Positions 11,846 through 25,010 of a stretch of 64,000 nucleotides of DNA are shown here, piece after piece (the stretch's first letter is position 1; each line of letters opens with the position of its first letter). The DNA lies in contig NW_024704742.1 of the NCBI RefSeq assembly GCF_018977255.1, forward strand, positions 16,060,001-16,124,000, written 5' to 3'. The translations under genes were made by a program, and so were the position numbers. This DNA comes from Callorhinchus milii (lineage: Eukaryota). The notes under the pieces were generated by a model. The model did not search any database. It was not told where the DNA came from and worked only from the letters and a program-made list of their open reading frames with translations.

Positions 11846-12749
11846 TTTGATACCATTCTTGGTGACAGGATAAAGAATATTAGAAGATGAATGTCATAAA
11901 TTAATGTGAAAAGATATTGGCCAGATTGTTTGTTAAAGGAAGCACTGATACAAAGTCCTGCTGGATTAGTATTACTTGTCAGACAGTGAGTGTTTGCCAA
12001 GATTCACACTGATGCAGTGAGAGGTGAGATAAATAATCAACTATGTGAACAATATATGCTGAAATACATTGCTAAGGTGTTGTAATATCACTTGTCCCAG
12101 TGTATCCAGGCGACTGCATGTAATTGAGGATGTGATTTGGTTGCTAATTGTGTTAGAATAAAGGAAAATCTGAATTAACAACAAACTTGAGAAAATTTCC
12201 ATCAACACTAATAAGCCAAATTCAAGTAATTTACAATTGAAGAGTGAGGTGGATTACAAGTAAAGCATGAGTAAAGCTATGAAAAAGCTCACAGGACTGA
12301 CAAAAACATGGCATTTTACATGGAATTACATAGATCGATACAGAACAAGCCATTTGGCCGCAAGTTTATTCCAGGGTTTATACTACGCATGAGACTACAA
12401 CCTTCCTATTATTTCATATATTCTCTGCTTTTTCGTGTATGTAGATTTCAAAATTCTTATTTTCAGTTACTACCAGCTATCAGAATTTCTAAAATATCCA
12501 AAAGGATACATGCAAATGGACCACCAGCAGTAATCTTCTACTCACAGACTCCAGACAGCTCGAGTCCTGGAAAAGAAGATCTTCCTGAAGAGGACAATTG
12601 AGGTATTTATTTAATTTTATGGCTGACAATTATTTCTTTCAAATTTCTGCACTCTTTTTATTCTACAGTCCTACAGTCTCCGGTCCCCCTCACCCAAGTC
12701 AACATTATTCCGATGATTCCATGTTTGATCCTTGACAAAGAGTATGGGC

Positions 12750-12950
12750 GGACCATTTGACATCACATCTGAGCTTGATCCTGTCCTAACCCAATGTACA
12801 CATAAATGAACCTCTCCAGCAGGAGTCCCTGGATTGCAAACCTGGAGTAAGAATTTTGTCTGATTCTACCCTTCCCAACTCAAGGGTGTTGAAGCCAATT
12901 ATATTTTACCAACTGCCTCGGTTGAGATCAGCTACCTCAGCATAATCATG
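12750..12950 (-). repeat. Ancient interspersed SINE-like repeat
   Basis: Shares GCCAATT..TTGAGATCAGCTA / GCCAATTG..CTGAGGTAGGCTAAC blocks with 13900-14050; 9605-9720 is probably a plus-strand piece of the same family. Confidence 0.5.
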
Positions 12951-13859
12951 AATACAAACCTATAACCAGCAAAGCATATCACTACACTTTAGCAGTTGGA
13001 CAGAAAGAGCTATGAGGTACTATATTTACAATGTAAGCTTTAACAAGTGTGCAGCTGTCACGTTCGTGCAAGTATGTGAGCATCTCTATGTGTGAGCGTG
13101 ACCATCACTCTCCTTAGTCATATACGGGTCTAATCATGCATTTCATTACTGCATGACAATATACATCTTATGTGTGTATAGAAGTGTGTTTTAGCTTTAT
13201 TTAAAGTATTGGGAGTTGAAAAACAACACTAATTAATACAAACAATACATGATACATAATATTTTTAAACACTACTTACAAAAGCACATTTTTTTTCTTT
13301 CAAACATTATATCGCTATTGACAATTTTCTTTCACCTCTGCGATTCATTTAATCTTTCCAGCTTTTTAGAGATGTAACTAAGATATGAAAGGCCTGAAAT
13401 TCCACCTGAAATTCCAATGTGCTAAATTGTAAACAAAAAATTGTTTTCGTTTTAAGAACTGTGGGAAACTGAATTTCAAATTAAGATTGAATTTAAAAAC
13501 GGTTTTCCAGGCTACCACTAGCGTTTAGTTTGTTGGAGCTGATCAAAATTTATCACAGCAGATTATCCAATGTAATTGTATCAAAATCTTTGGAAAAACA
13601 TAGCTAGCTCGAGCGGGATAAATTGTCTTGGAAATGACAACAATTTAATTCTAGACATTGTCCCTGAGCTGTTTGGGGACAGGATTGAGAACACTGAACA
13701 ATGTCAATTTTATCAGTCTTAAAATTCTCACCAAACATCAATCACTGGAGACAGTGGAAGAAATCTCCAGACTCTTTCAAAACAACAGGAACAGTGTGAA
13801 TTACATTGCAGTAACATTGTGAAGATGACTTTCACTTAAGTTACTTTCACTTGAGCAGC

Positions 13860-14050
13860 AGTGTTACCTGGGAATAAGAGAAATCTGCTCAGTTCCGTAC
13901 TTTGCTTGCATTTCAACGAATAGTGATTGGAGCAGAAATCCTGACTAATTATCTCCTCTCTAACTCAGGGACAATGAGGCCAATTGTAACATCTCAACTG
14001 TTACCTTGGCTGAGGTAGGCTAACACGCCAAACACTAGGGATTTGGACCT
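13860..14050 (-). repeat. Ancient interspersed SINE-like repeat, second copy
   Basis: Similar to 12820-12950. Confidence 0.5.
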
Positions 14051-17000
14051 CCACCCTTTATGATCTAGCGTTAACTATTAGGAAATTAATAACATTGCTA
14101 ATTTATTTCAATCCAGAGAATGTGTTTTAAAGGTATGTGAGAGGAAAAGTGCACTGCACCAGGTTTGATCTGAAATCCCTCATGATATCTGCATACATTT
14201 TGTTACACAGCAAGTGACAATTGATAATTGATGAATTTGCAGGATTACATATAGGAACATAAGAACATAAAAAAAATTAGCCTTCGAGTCTGTTCTACCA
14301 GTTCATTAGACCTTATCGATATCAATGTCCCACCCTTCACTGTGGCCTTTCGCAGCTCTACCTTCTGCCCAATTACAGAACATGTCTCTCTTTTAGCCAT
14401 TGAGTTATCAGAAGTGCACAATTACAAATTATTTGGGTCATTACTTATGTTTTGAGTATTAAAATCTTTTCTATTACGTGCGCATTCTGTAATCAATTAA
14501 CTATTGCAAATCATACGTGTTTTGATTATTCTGAATACTCTCAGAATTTGTACAACATCCACTGACCTGTTAAAAATCCAAAGTGGAACTTTAGATTCTG
14601 AATATAGGCGTTGTAGCTTTAAAGTGCCAAAGCTGTACTGAAAGAAGCGAACCAAATTAAAATCCATATCTGGAGTTTTCATTCATAAATTTAAATGTTT
14701 CATTTACATTGGTAGCTCATTTGCGATATCCACAAATTGACTTTTGGATGCGTTAATTGTGATTTCACATTTGCAAACATCAAAGCCCCTTAATCTGTGA
14801 TATTTAAAAAATAAAATGCTATTTGTGAGAGTGTAAAAAGGCCAGAGAGCAAAGGTTTTACCACTCTTACCAAACAGTGCATAATAGTTCCAACTCATAT
14901 CTTGTTCAGAAATTCAGGTGACTGTAAGTAAGCAGCTAAAACAAGCAACTAATCTTTGCATTTGATATTGTGCCTTTCATTTTGCATATCAGAGCACTTC
15001 ACATGATAAACTGTAAAGTGTAGTGACTGTGTAATTTGTAGGCAAAATGTACATTGTAACAAATGGTAAATGTGCTTTAAATGGTCCAATTCAGACCTAC
15101 AAACCAAAAAAGAGTGCTTTTTAAATGTTGCAAATGTTATCATTCTGAATTGTTTATTTTGCTTGTTAAGCATTCCTGCTTTTATATAAAATACCTAGAT
15201 GTTTTACAATGCAAATGAAAATTGCAATAAACCAATTTTCCATCAAAAAATGCATTAGGCACTTAGTTGAAGCCATTATATATGGGGTTGCTCTGTTAAG
15301 CTTGGTTAGTAGACATGACATAATGTGAGTAAATCATTGTGACTTTTAACGTGGAAGTACATTTGTAAGCCTATTTTTCTGTTTAGTATTATGTTTAACT
15401 CATATAATTAAATATGTTCTTTTATTCAGAGATTTCTGACATTTCATATCCTATTTCCAATGACTCGAAATCAAATGAACTCAAGAAGATGCATTGATGA
15501 TGGTTCAGGGAGATCTGTAACCTGGATTGAACACGTTTTTTCCAGTTGAAGAAGACAAGTGGATCCAAGTTGTTTGTGCGATAATAACAAGTTACAGTCA
15601 AAATCTAAATAAAGAATTTTAAAAAGATTAGGACTAAATGTAAGCATTGCATTTAATTTAACTTGAAGGTCAGCATGTTACATCTATGGTTTCTACAAAA
15701 AAACAAGGGAAATATTCTATTCAAATTGTATCTCGACTTCCTTTTAATATAAAATACCAATCCATCCACAGGTGGTTAAACTGCAAATGTTCATGGGAAC
15801 AGATTCCTGTGTATCATTCAACCAAACCTACAGATAAGAGACACGCGCTATAAAGATGAAAAAGCATTGCAAACTGTAAAAGAGAGCATGGTTATCTATT
15901 CTATTTTCAGCAATTATACTCTTCCTATTACTGAAAGTAATTTTGGCTATCAAAGCTGTCTCTTGTCATTATCAAGTCATTAGAAAGATTTGTATGATTT
16001 CCACACTGAATGATAGCAGGCATTGCATTTCTGAGATCATAAAGGTCAGACAGTGCGATCACTGTCATCATCCTTCATCACTTCCAATGAGAAATTCCAA
16101 TATAATTGTTTAAAAGCCTCCCAAATAATTTGAAATTATCCCCAATTTTAATGTACCACTTATAATAAAGGCAGCTGCACATACATGAAATTGAAAAATC
16201 TATCATGACAAGCTACTTATTCTTTAAATAAAACTTATTTTATTTAAAGACTTTTAAAGACTTTTGTACTTCTGTTGGGACAAAAAATAAAAGGACAAAA
16301 GCAGAATTCTATTCAAACCACATAAAACTTTTTTCACACAAAATGAATTTTAATAAGTTCATTGTAGCACATTGTCATCAAGTTGAAAGTCTTCATCATA
16401 TCAAATGTTATTTAGCAATATTTGAATTGTATAGATTTATGAACGGAAGATCTCAGTATAAACAGGAAAATACAAAGTGTACAATCAACAAAAATACTGC
16501 AGTTGTTGAAACAAGTAAATAAACTGAGGAATCTCATTTGAAGGAGTAATTCTCATATGAAGTAATAGCTAGTTATTTACTTCAGATGTGTTTCATCAGG
16601 TGTAAGAAGAAAAACCCCAGCACTTCTTTGGTGATAGAGAATCAATATAAAGGATCTTCTACTATAAGGATCACAGATTCTCAGACTGAACATCTATCTA
16701 TACAGAAACTCGGTTTAGCAAATGACAATTATCTGCGTGATTCAACTTCTGTTTTATAGGGCAAAATTCTCTTTGATAATATTGGCTGAGGGAATGCCTA
16801 GCAAGCAGCAGAAAAGCTGGTCAAACATCCCCACAGGTATTTTGTCTAGAGTTTTGAGATTGAAGCAGAATATTAAGATGTTCATTCTGTTTCTCTGTGT
16901 TTCTGACATAAATTTGGTTTAAGGCTTCACATGATTTTGCCAACCTGGCCCCAACTCTGTGAGGCTGTAGAGAATAGATTAACTGAAGCAGTCTCCTCTT

Positions 17001-17180
17001 TTCATATATCTAGTTCAATTGTTCGCCCCTATTTTGAGTCCAGGAGTAAGACATAACTTTCTTAGCACACTGTTAAATAAGATTCCAATATTCCACAGCC
17101 AAAGCAATAACTTCATAACCCTCACAACAGAATGTCTACGACATATATAGTCAAGTGTTCTTGAGGGTTCCCTCTTCCCA

Positions 17181-17359
17181 TCAGTCATCTTCAGATAGAT
17201 CACTAAGCCAAGAAACTGAATTTTCAGATGATTTGTTTATCTGTGGATTGCTTCGGACTGTATCTGCTTGCTCTGATTCAGGCGTCATTTGCCTTTCAGA
17301 TGGGTATTCTGCTATGGTTAGCATGATATGCAAAATGAACACTATCACTTTAATAGCAT
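17181..17359 (-). CDS. Possible terminal coding exon of an unidentified gene
   Basis: Polypyrimidine tract and AG (CTTTTTTTCTTCATCCACGTCCTGGCAG), then an open phase-1 frame AIKVIVFILHIMLTIAEYPSERQMTPESEQADTVRSNPQINKSSENSVSWLSDLSEDD*. Non-repeat sequence; no homolog recognised. Confidence 0.25.
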
Positions 17360-17436
17360 CTGCCAGGACGTGGATGAAGAAAAAAAGATCAGAGTAATCA
17401 CAGTATGATTACAATAACAAAGCCTTTAGAAAAAAA

Positions 17437-17760
17437 CAATAATTTGCATTTATAAAGCGCCCTTCATGGAGAAGAGCATCTCAGAGCACTTAATAGTGAT
17501 GGGGCTTGATGCCAAACCAGGGAATGAGAAAGAGAAGGTGACCATAGACATGGTCAAAGAGAGAGGTCTTCAGATGCAATCTGAAGATGGGCAAGAAGGG
17601 GACAAATTGGAGGGATTGAGGCAGAGAGTTCCAGAATTGTAGCTGAATGCATGGCTACCAGTGACGAAGTGTAGGCGCAAGGGACATGCAGTAGACCAGA
17701 GCTAGCTGGGCAGAATGGGGCAGACTGTGGAGTGGGGCGAAAACAGGTTGGAGACTGAAT
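17437..17760 (-). mobile_element. Old L2 3' fragment (second subfamily)
   Basis: Minus-strand tail AGTGCTCTGAGATGCT..GAAGGGCGCTTTATAAATGC; C-rich body. Confidence 0.7.
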
Positions 17761-17939
17761 TTCTTCAAGTTTCTTCAAAAAAATGAAGAGCCTCTGATGT
17801 TTATATTTTATGTGGAAGCCAGATCTGGTTTAATAGTTCAAAGCTCATAGAAAAACAGACTGACTTTACAATGAGGCTGGAGGAAAGTTATGTGACTTCC
17901 AAATTGACCAAATGAAAACAATATCAGGGATATAAGATG

Positions 17940-18500
17940 ACAAGAGAGGTTTGGATCAAGAAGGCCTTTTGGTCCATTTGATCACATCCTTCAAGAATAC
18001 CCACCCTACTGTCTTTCCATCACAGCACTAAGCTGTTTTGAAATGAATCCAAAATCCTGGCCTCAACCACTATTTATGATAACCTGTTCCAGTGTTAATT
18101 ACCATCTGGGTAAAGAAATCCTTCCTGAAATTGTCCTTTGCTTGTCTGAACTTGTGTCCACTTCTTCTGCTGTGTTACTGCTGCATCTGAATGTATTATT
18201 CTGAGTTAACTTTCTCAAACCCATACAAAATCCTATATACCTCTATAAAGTCCCCACTGAGATGTCTCCTGTCAAGACTGAAAAGCATCTAATCATTTCT
18301 CTTGGCTCAATTTTTTAACACTGAAGATCATTCCCATTGCTCTCCTCTGTGCTATTCTAAGGTCTGGGCTGACCCATTATGTTACACCAACCAGAACTGT
18401 AGATACAGGTTGACCAGAGCACTTGCTGCTTCCTCCGCTTCCCCCCAACTTGCATGTCAACTGCAAATGTTTTGCATTGGGTCTGTGAATCCAGGTTATT
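17940..18500 (-). mobile_element. Decayed CR1 3' region
   Basis: Minus strand has CAGTTCTGG (QFW), CTTTTCAGTCTTGA (FSL) and a CAAATGGACCAAAAGGCCTT end. Confidence 0.65.
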
Positions 18501-18743
18501 AACGTACAACAGAAAAGGAGCTATGTTTCTGAAGCATGAAATTAAGAGTTGCATTCCCATTTGCTTTGAATTTAAATAGATATACAGATAACAGGCTAAC
18601 ACAGTCAAAATGTCTTAATAGGTGTGTATTTTTTATATTCTCTTTGGATTGCAATAATAACAATAATCCTTCCATTTGATATAGCGCCTTATCACATATT
18701 CTAGGCGTCGCAAAGTGCTTCATAGAATATATTATAAAGTGAA

Positions 18744-20310
18744 TGATCCGCGCACACCTCTCCTCCCACTTCCTCTTTGAAGCCCTCCAGTCCGGCTTCT
18801 GCCCTGCCCACAGTATAGAGACTGTGCTTGTGAAAGTCTCAAACAACATCCTCTCTATCTGTGACCAGGGCTCACTCTCCCTCCTTGTCCTCCTGGACCT
18901 CTCTGCCACTTTCGAGACAGTCGATCACGCCATCCTCCTCCACCGCCTTTCCTCCTTCATCCACCTCAGTGGAACCGCACTCGCCTGGTTCGAGTCCTAC
19001 CTCACGAACCGGCAGCAGTACATCTCCACAAATGGCTTTTCCTCCCGCTCTCACCCGGTTACCTGTGCGGTACCCCAAGGATCCATCCTTGGCCCCTTCT
19101 TCTTCCTAATCTATATGCTCCCTCTTGGGGATGTCATCCGCAGACATGGGTACACTTCCACATATATGCGGACAACACCCAACTCTATTTTTCCACCTCA
19201 CTTTGCGACCCCCAGTCCTCTGATAATAATAATAATAATAATCCTTGCATTTGATATAGCGCTTTTCATGTCGGGAGGACGTCCCAAAACGCTTCACAGA
19301 ACACACTGTAAAGTGAATTGACTGTATATTTGTGGGCGAACGCGGCAGCCAATTGTGCACAGCAATGTCCCACAAACAGTCGTAGATTGAAAATGACCAA
19401 ATTATTATTGTTTTGGGTTTTGGAGGGATTATTATTAGCCTGCCTGTCAGACATCAGGAGCTGGATGAGCGCAAATTTCCTTCAGCTAGATGTTGACAAG
19501 ACGGAAGCCATACTCTTTGGCTCTTGTCAACGTCTTAAATTGCACGGTTCTCACCTCCTCCACCTACCCGACCTCCTCCTAAAACTCTCCGAACCCGTTG
19601 GAAACCTAGGGATCAGGTTCAACTCCCAACTATCCTTCCTCCCCCACATCTGGTCTCTCACCAGCACCGCTTTCTTCCACCTCTGACGCATCACACGTCT
19701 CTGCCAATATTTCACTCCAAAAGCAGCCGAAAGCCTGGTCCATGCCTTTGTCACCTCTTGGCTGGACTATTCAAATGCCTTCCTCTCTGGTCTCCCCTCC
19801 ACTACCATTCATAAAATCCAGGTCATCCAAAACTCTGCCACCCGCATTCTTACACGTACCAAACTCCGCTCCCCAATTACCCCAGTCCTTGCCAGACTGC
19901 ACTGGCTGTCTGTCCCAGAGAGGATCGACTTCAAGATCCTCAATCTTGTCTTCAAATCCCTCCACTCCTCTGACCTCCTCTCTCCTCACAACAGTGCTCG
20001 CAGCCTTCGCTCCACCGGGTCTGGACTCCTCCTTGTCCTCCGAATCTTCCGCTCCACTATCGGCGGCCATGCCTTCAGCCACTACACCCCGAGGCTCTGG
20101 AACTCCCTTCCTCACTACTTTCGCCTCACCCTCTCTCTTCCTATTTTCAGGTCTCGGCTGAAGACCTTTCTTTTCGACCGTGCCTTTGGTCACCTTCTTC
20201 CCCCTCCCCCTGGCTCGGCCCCGGGATCCGTTACTGTGAAGCGCTCTGAGACGCCATCCAGCGTGGAAGGCGCTATATAAATCCAAGTTGTTGTTGTGGT
20301 TGTTGTTGAA
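18744..20310 (+). mobile_element. L2 LINE (second subfamily), RT to 3' end, degenerate
   Basis: QSGFCPAHSIETVL..LLDLSATFETVDH..VPQGSILGP RT motifs; stops and frameshifts; tail GCGCTCTGAGACGCCATCCAGCGTGGAAGGCGC then (TTG)n. Confidence 0.95.
19223..19438 (-). mobile_element. 5'-truncated SINE nested antisense in L2
   Basis: Tail, stem-loop and Deu body present; ends at the internal TAATAATAAT run. Confidence 0.93.
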
Positions 20311-21107
20311 TTGACTGTATGTTTTATTCGCAAAACTTTAATGCTATTGGGAGCAAGGATGCTGGATTGTAGCTTTCATAATGTAGCAATAATCATTTTT
20401 TTTATGCATGGGCATTTGCTGTATTTGCTGTTTCTATTCATGTGAGACAAAACCAGACAGTCAATCTAAACAGGTGATCAAAGTGAGCAAAAATTTCCTG
20501 AAATAGACATATAACTTAAGAACATGAGAAAAATAAAATGAGGAAAAGCCTTTCCACCCACCAAGCTTCCTTCTTCCACAAACCTTTTAAGACACAATTA
20601 TTATAGACTCCATTGCACTGACAGTCTTCTGAGGGAATGTTCTGCATATATACCTCCCAATCAAAAATAGTACTGAAACAAAAATAATATTCATCAAATC
20701 CCATCTCTAGTATTTAATCCTGGCCTGCTGATCTTCAGAGAATATTTTCCTTTTCCATCCCCCAGTTCCAGCAACACAGAATCTATTGTATTCCATGTAA
20801 TTTGTGATCACTCAGAGTTAGTTTCAAATGACCTTTCAGCAAATGTTAAGCTCAACATATCAACCTTCTGTGCAGTCATTTACTTCATAGCAGTTTATGG
20901 TATTGTGCTCTGTGCAAAATAGGCTGCACCATTCATCTAAAAATAGATAGTCAGTACATTAGATAATAATTATCTTTGAAACATTTTGAAACTTTTCAAA
21001 GTTGTAGGTGTTATATCAAATGCAAGACTTATTATATTGGTACTCTGAATTCTCAAACCGTTTGTAGCTCAATAATAATAGTAATATGATTATATAATAA
21101 CAACAAC

Positions 21108-21850
21108 ATGGCCTAGATATGAATTAAAGCTACATCTGGTTGAGCAATGGGGATCTGAGGGTTGAAATAGAAGCTTTCATAATATCAGCACAAGACCAAC
21201 CTATGTCATTATAACCTGTCATTATGAAAATAAGATTTTGATCAAAAACATTGATACGAAATGCCAAATGTGCCATCAAGCATCAGAAACAGTAGACCAC
21301 ATATTACCATGTTCAGCCCTAGCACTGTTGGGGTACCTGAATCAACATAGCAATGTAGTTAAATGTATCCATTGGACAATTTATAAACACTTTGATATTG
21401 ACATAAAGACCAACTGGTATGAACATCAACCAACAACAGTGATATCAAGAGGTAACATTGCAGTAATCTGGGACTCATGAGTGCCTACAGATAGAACAGT
21501 AATCTGCAAAAGAACAGGTATCATCATAAAAAAACAACTAGATTGTTCCTGCAGTATAATTGATCATTCCAGGTATCCTCAATGTATGAAGTGGTAGTGC
21601 AAAAACTATACTTGCATAGGAATAGTTCCTATAATCATCGGTGCAACTGGAAGTGTTCATAAGGCAATTCAGAAATGGCTTGACAAGATACTTGGTGTAC
21701 AAACTGTCCACCTCTTGCAGAAAGTAGCTTTTTGGGGAAATTCAAATATACTAAGAAAAGTAGCATCCTCGTGTGACATGGTCTTGGTCTGTCTGACCCA
21801 TCACTGAAAACTATTTAGAAACTACCTCTATGGAGTGATCTAAACTGCAA
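21108..21850 (+). mobile_element. Dong/R4-clade non-LTR retrotransposon, 3' part (CCHC knuckle + decayed RLE endonuclease)
   Basis: Translations WLSNGDLRVEIEAFIISAQDQ; KCQMCHQASETVDHILPCSALA..HWTI..NWYEHQP..IWDS; IVPIIIGATG..LQKVAFWGNSNILRK. Flanked by TAA-type repeats. Confidence 0.85.
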
Positions 21851-21854
21851 TAAC

Positions 21855-22055
21855 ATAATAATAAGAATAATAAGAATAATAAGAATAATAAGAATAATAA
21901 TCCTTGCATTTGAAATATTGCCCTTCATGTCAGGAAGGCATCTCAAAGTCATTCACAAGATTTACTGCAAAGTGTAGTGACTATATATTTGTAGGTGAAT
22001 GTGGCAGGCAATTTGTGCACATCAATGTCCCTCAAACAGCCATGAAGTGAATGAT
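21855..22055 (-). mobile_element. DeuSINE 3' part with (AATAATAAG)n-expanded tail
   Basis: 9-bp periodic tail, then TCCTTGCATTTG..CAATGTCCCTCAAACAGCCATGAAGTGAATGA. Confidence 0.8.
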
Positions 22056-22060
22056 TGACC

Positions 22061-22233
22061 GTGGGACATTGCTGTGCGCAAATTGGCTGCCGGGTTTACC
22101 TACAAAACACAGTGACTACACTTTACATTACAAATATACAGTCAATTCACTTTACAGTATATTCTGTGAAGTGTTTTGAGGTGTCTTGAAGACTTGATAA
22201 GGCACTATACCAGATGCAGGGATTATTATTATT
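22061..22233 (+). mobile_element. DeuSINE 3' part
   Basis: GTGGGACATTGCTGTGCGCAAATTGGCTGCC..GGATTATTATTATT. Confidence 0.85.
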
Positions 22234-24399
22234 AATATTATCCTGCGAAACCCTTTGAGACGTACTCTCAATGTGAAATATATCAATGTGAGATATATCA
22301 ATTATTATACAATATATATTCTATTAAATATACACAATTTTCTCTTCGTTCTGGTACTGTTTGCAATAAAGCCTTATTGTAGATGTGGAATTTTTTTGCT
22401 GAGATTTATACCGTCTCAAGTAACAGTTGCCAGTACGATAACTGCCTCTCTAACTTATTTAATTTTAACAGTGTTGAGTTACAGCTTACTCAGGGGATTG
22501 CGATTGGCATTATTATTATTCTTCCACAATGTTAAACTTTGTACAGTGCATGAAGTTAACCTATTTGTTTACTTTAGGCGTGGGCTTTTGCGTAATCTTC
22601 AGAAAGTGCAGCTCCACTGACATTCAGCAAAGCTTTAATTTGCAGAAAGATTGTTGCACTTTTGATTGTAAGGAATCCAATTGCAATCAGACAAACCATA
22701 AAAGTTCAAGACATATTTTGGCATTAGGTGGAATGTATTATGGAACATAATACTTACACTGTTATTGAGATTTAATTAAAGTTAGATCGTATCACAAAAA
22801 TATTTCTTGCATTCTTTCCAAATGGGACAAAATGCTCCTGCAATTGTAAGCTCCAAAGGTTCTAGCTTAGTGGTTCCTGCAAGGAGACCAAAGAAGTATT
22901 GTGCAACCTTATCTGTATCTACCGCATCTGTCACATAATCCTGCTAAAAAGTAGGATGCTATTTCACCTCATGAGCCTGCCCAACAAAAAACTCCTTATT
23001 ACATGAGTAATATCATTATCAGTTCAACTTAGACATCTTATAGCTTTCACAACAAAGGCCCTGTTTACATGAAGCAAAATTGAGTCAATCCACATGATTT
23101 CATTTCACTTCAGCCTGTTTCACTTAGAAGGCAGAAGAGTTCATATCTCTCCACTCACCTGTTCATCTCCCTCCACCTCCCCCAACACATGAATAACGAG
23201 TATTGCATGAACACAACAAAGACATTACACTGGTCTGCCAGATTTCTGAATAACCACTGACTGTATCAAATATAGACTACAGGGTTGAATCCTTGCAATT
23301 TAACAAGGTAAATTTGCAATCTGAAAGGCTGCCTTAAAGAATAAGCTTAGAGTTGCCTACAGAAAGTTGAATTCGGATTCAGAATTTTCAAGTCAGAAGC
23401 TTGAATTCAGAAATCTAAATTGGAAGTTTGGATACTGCAGAAATCAAACTCAGAAGTTAATATTTCAAATCCCAAACAATTCATGCCCTATCATGCCCTG
23501 TCTAAGTCTTTAGAGGGTACCAGCCCAACATTCATGGAGTTTAACTGGTATTCCATTAAGTGGCATTAAGATACTCTGACAGTGGCAAAATAATGGCAGA
23601 GATTGAAGACTTTGACCAGCTACAGACCAAACTATTATATGAAAGTCTGAAATGTCCACAAATGAAATCAGTGTATAATTAAAACTGTCTGGGACCAAAA
23701 TTTGGGTGTGATGGTAATTATGCCCGCTCATAATTATCTTCAATAATAATTATCAATGGCAATTATCACATCACATATTGTATTTTTCACTCTAGACACA
23801 ACAGGGTTTCATCTGTGGTATTTGTAAACTGGGTTTGTTGCACTTATTCTGACGTCAAGTTATGTATATGGGAAAATCATTGACTTTGCAAAATGGTCAA
23901 TTATGAATCTCAAAAGCTGGAAGGTTTTTTCTTCAGGAATTGTGACTAGCTGTTTGCAAATCTCACACCACATCAGACATCATCAGTGAACTGTAAGTCA
24001 CAATGAAATCAATAAGTCCATTTTACAAATCCTGCAAATCAGACCCCAATATATTAGTAAAAGCAGCATACTGATTCAATTTCCCTTGAAAGAGTCAGTC
24101 CCAATGGGCTACAGAGCTATCCAGAACCTGCATTTACACCAAGTCTAAGTTTACCTCAGATTCAAATTACTAGTGATCAGCAAATCCGTTTCAAATCATT
24201 TGGATCTGACTTACTTCTTAGAGTGGTGAATCCTTTGATGTCTTAACCTTTGTTCTGTTCAGTTGTGTTTTTTATTTTTTTACAAAGCCAGTAATACTTG
24301 CAGTAACTTAGTACTCCAGCATGCTGTGATATTACAAATAATTTCTGTCTCCACTTGAAGGCAAGTCTCTCACTTGTTTTGTTCAATAATCATATTTGC

Positions 24400-25010
24400 G
24401 TAGGCTGAAAGGTCAAGGCAGTACTGGTGGAGTCCAGTGCTGCATTATTAACATTGCCAAGACATTAAGCCGAGATCCCATCTTAGATAAACATTAAAGA
24501 TTCCATGACACTATTCAGAAAGAGAATGAAGTTCCTCCCAATGTGCTGGCCAACAATTCTTAAGATTAATCGGTTACTCACCTTACAAGATCAGAAGAGA
24601 GATTCCAATGAAAAAGGCCCTTTGGCACTTTTGATAACATTGATCCAAAATACCCACCTTACCTTCCAACTATTGTGGCACAAAGCTGTTTCTTGAATCA
24701 TTCAGCATCCTGGCTTCAACCTCTCTTCCTGGCAATCCATTCCAATCATGAGTGCTCATCTGGGTAAAGAGATACTTCCTGGTATCTGTCCTGAAATCAC
24801 CCTTTGCAATCCTGAACCTGTGGCCACTTTTCCACTGCATTGGCCTATCAGAAAATGTTGTTCTGGATTTACATCCTCAATCCTATTGAATCTCATGGCT
24901 TTTGGTGGGACCTTGCTATGTGCAAAATTGGAGGCGACATTTGCATGGAGTAAAATAGTCATTACGTTTGACAACAATTACTGTCAGGTGCTTTAAGTCA
25001 TTTTGTTGTT
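24400..25010 (+). mobile_element. Old DeuSINE split by an antisense CR1-like remnant (about 24580-24885)
   Basis: GACATTAAGCCGAGATCCC..AAAGATTCCATGACACTATT, resuming as CATGGCTTTTGGTGGGACCTTGCTATGTGCAAAATTGG. Confidence 0.55.
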
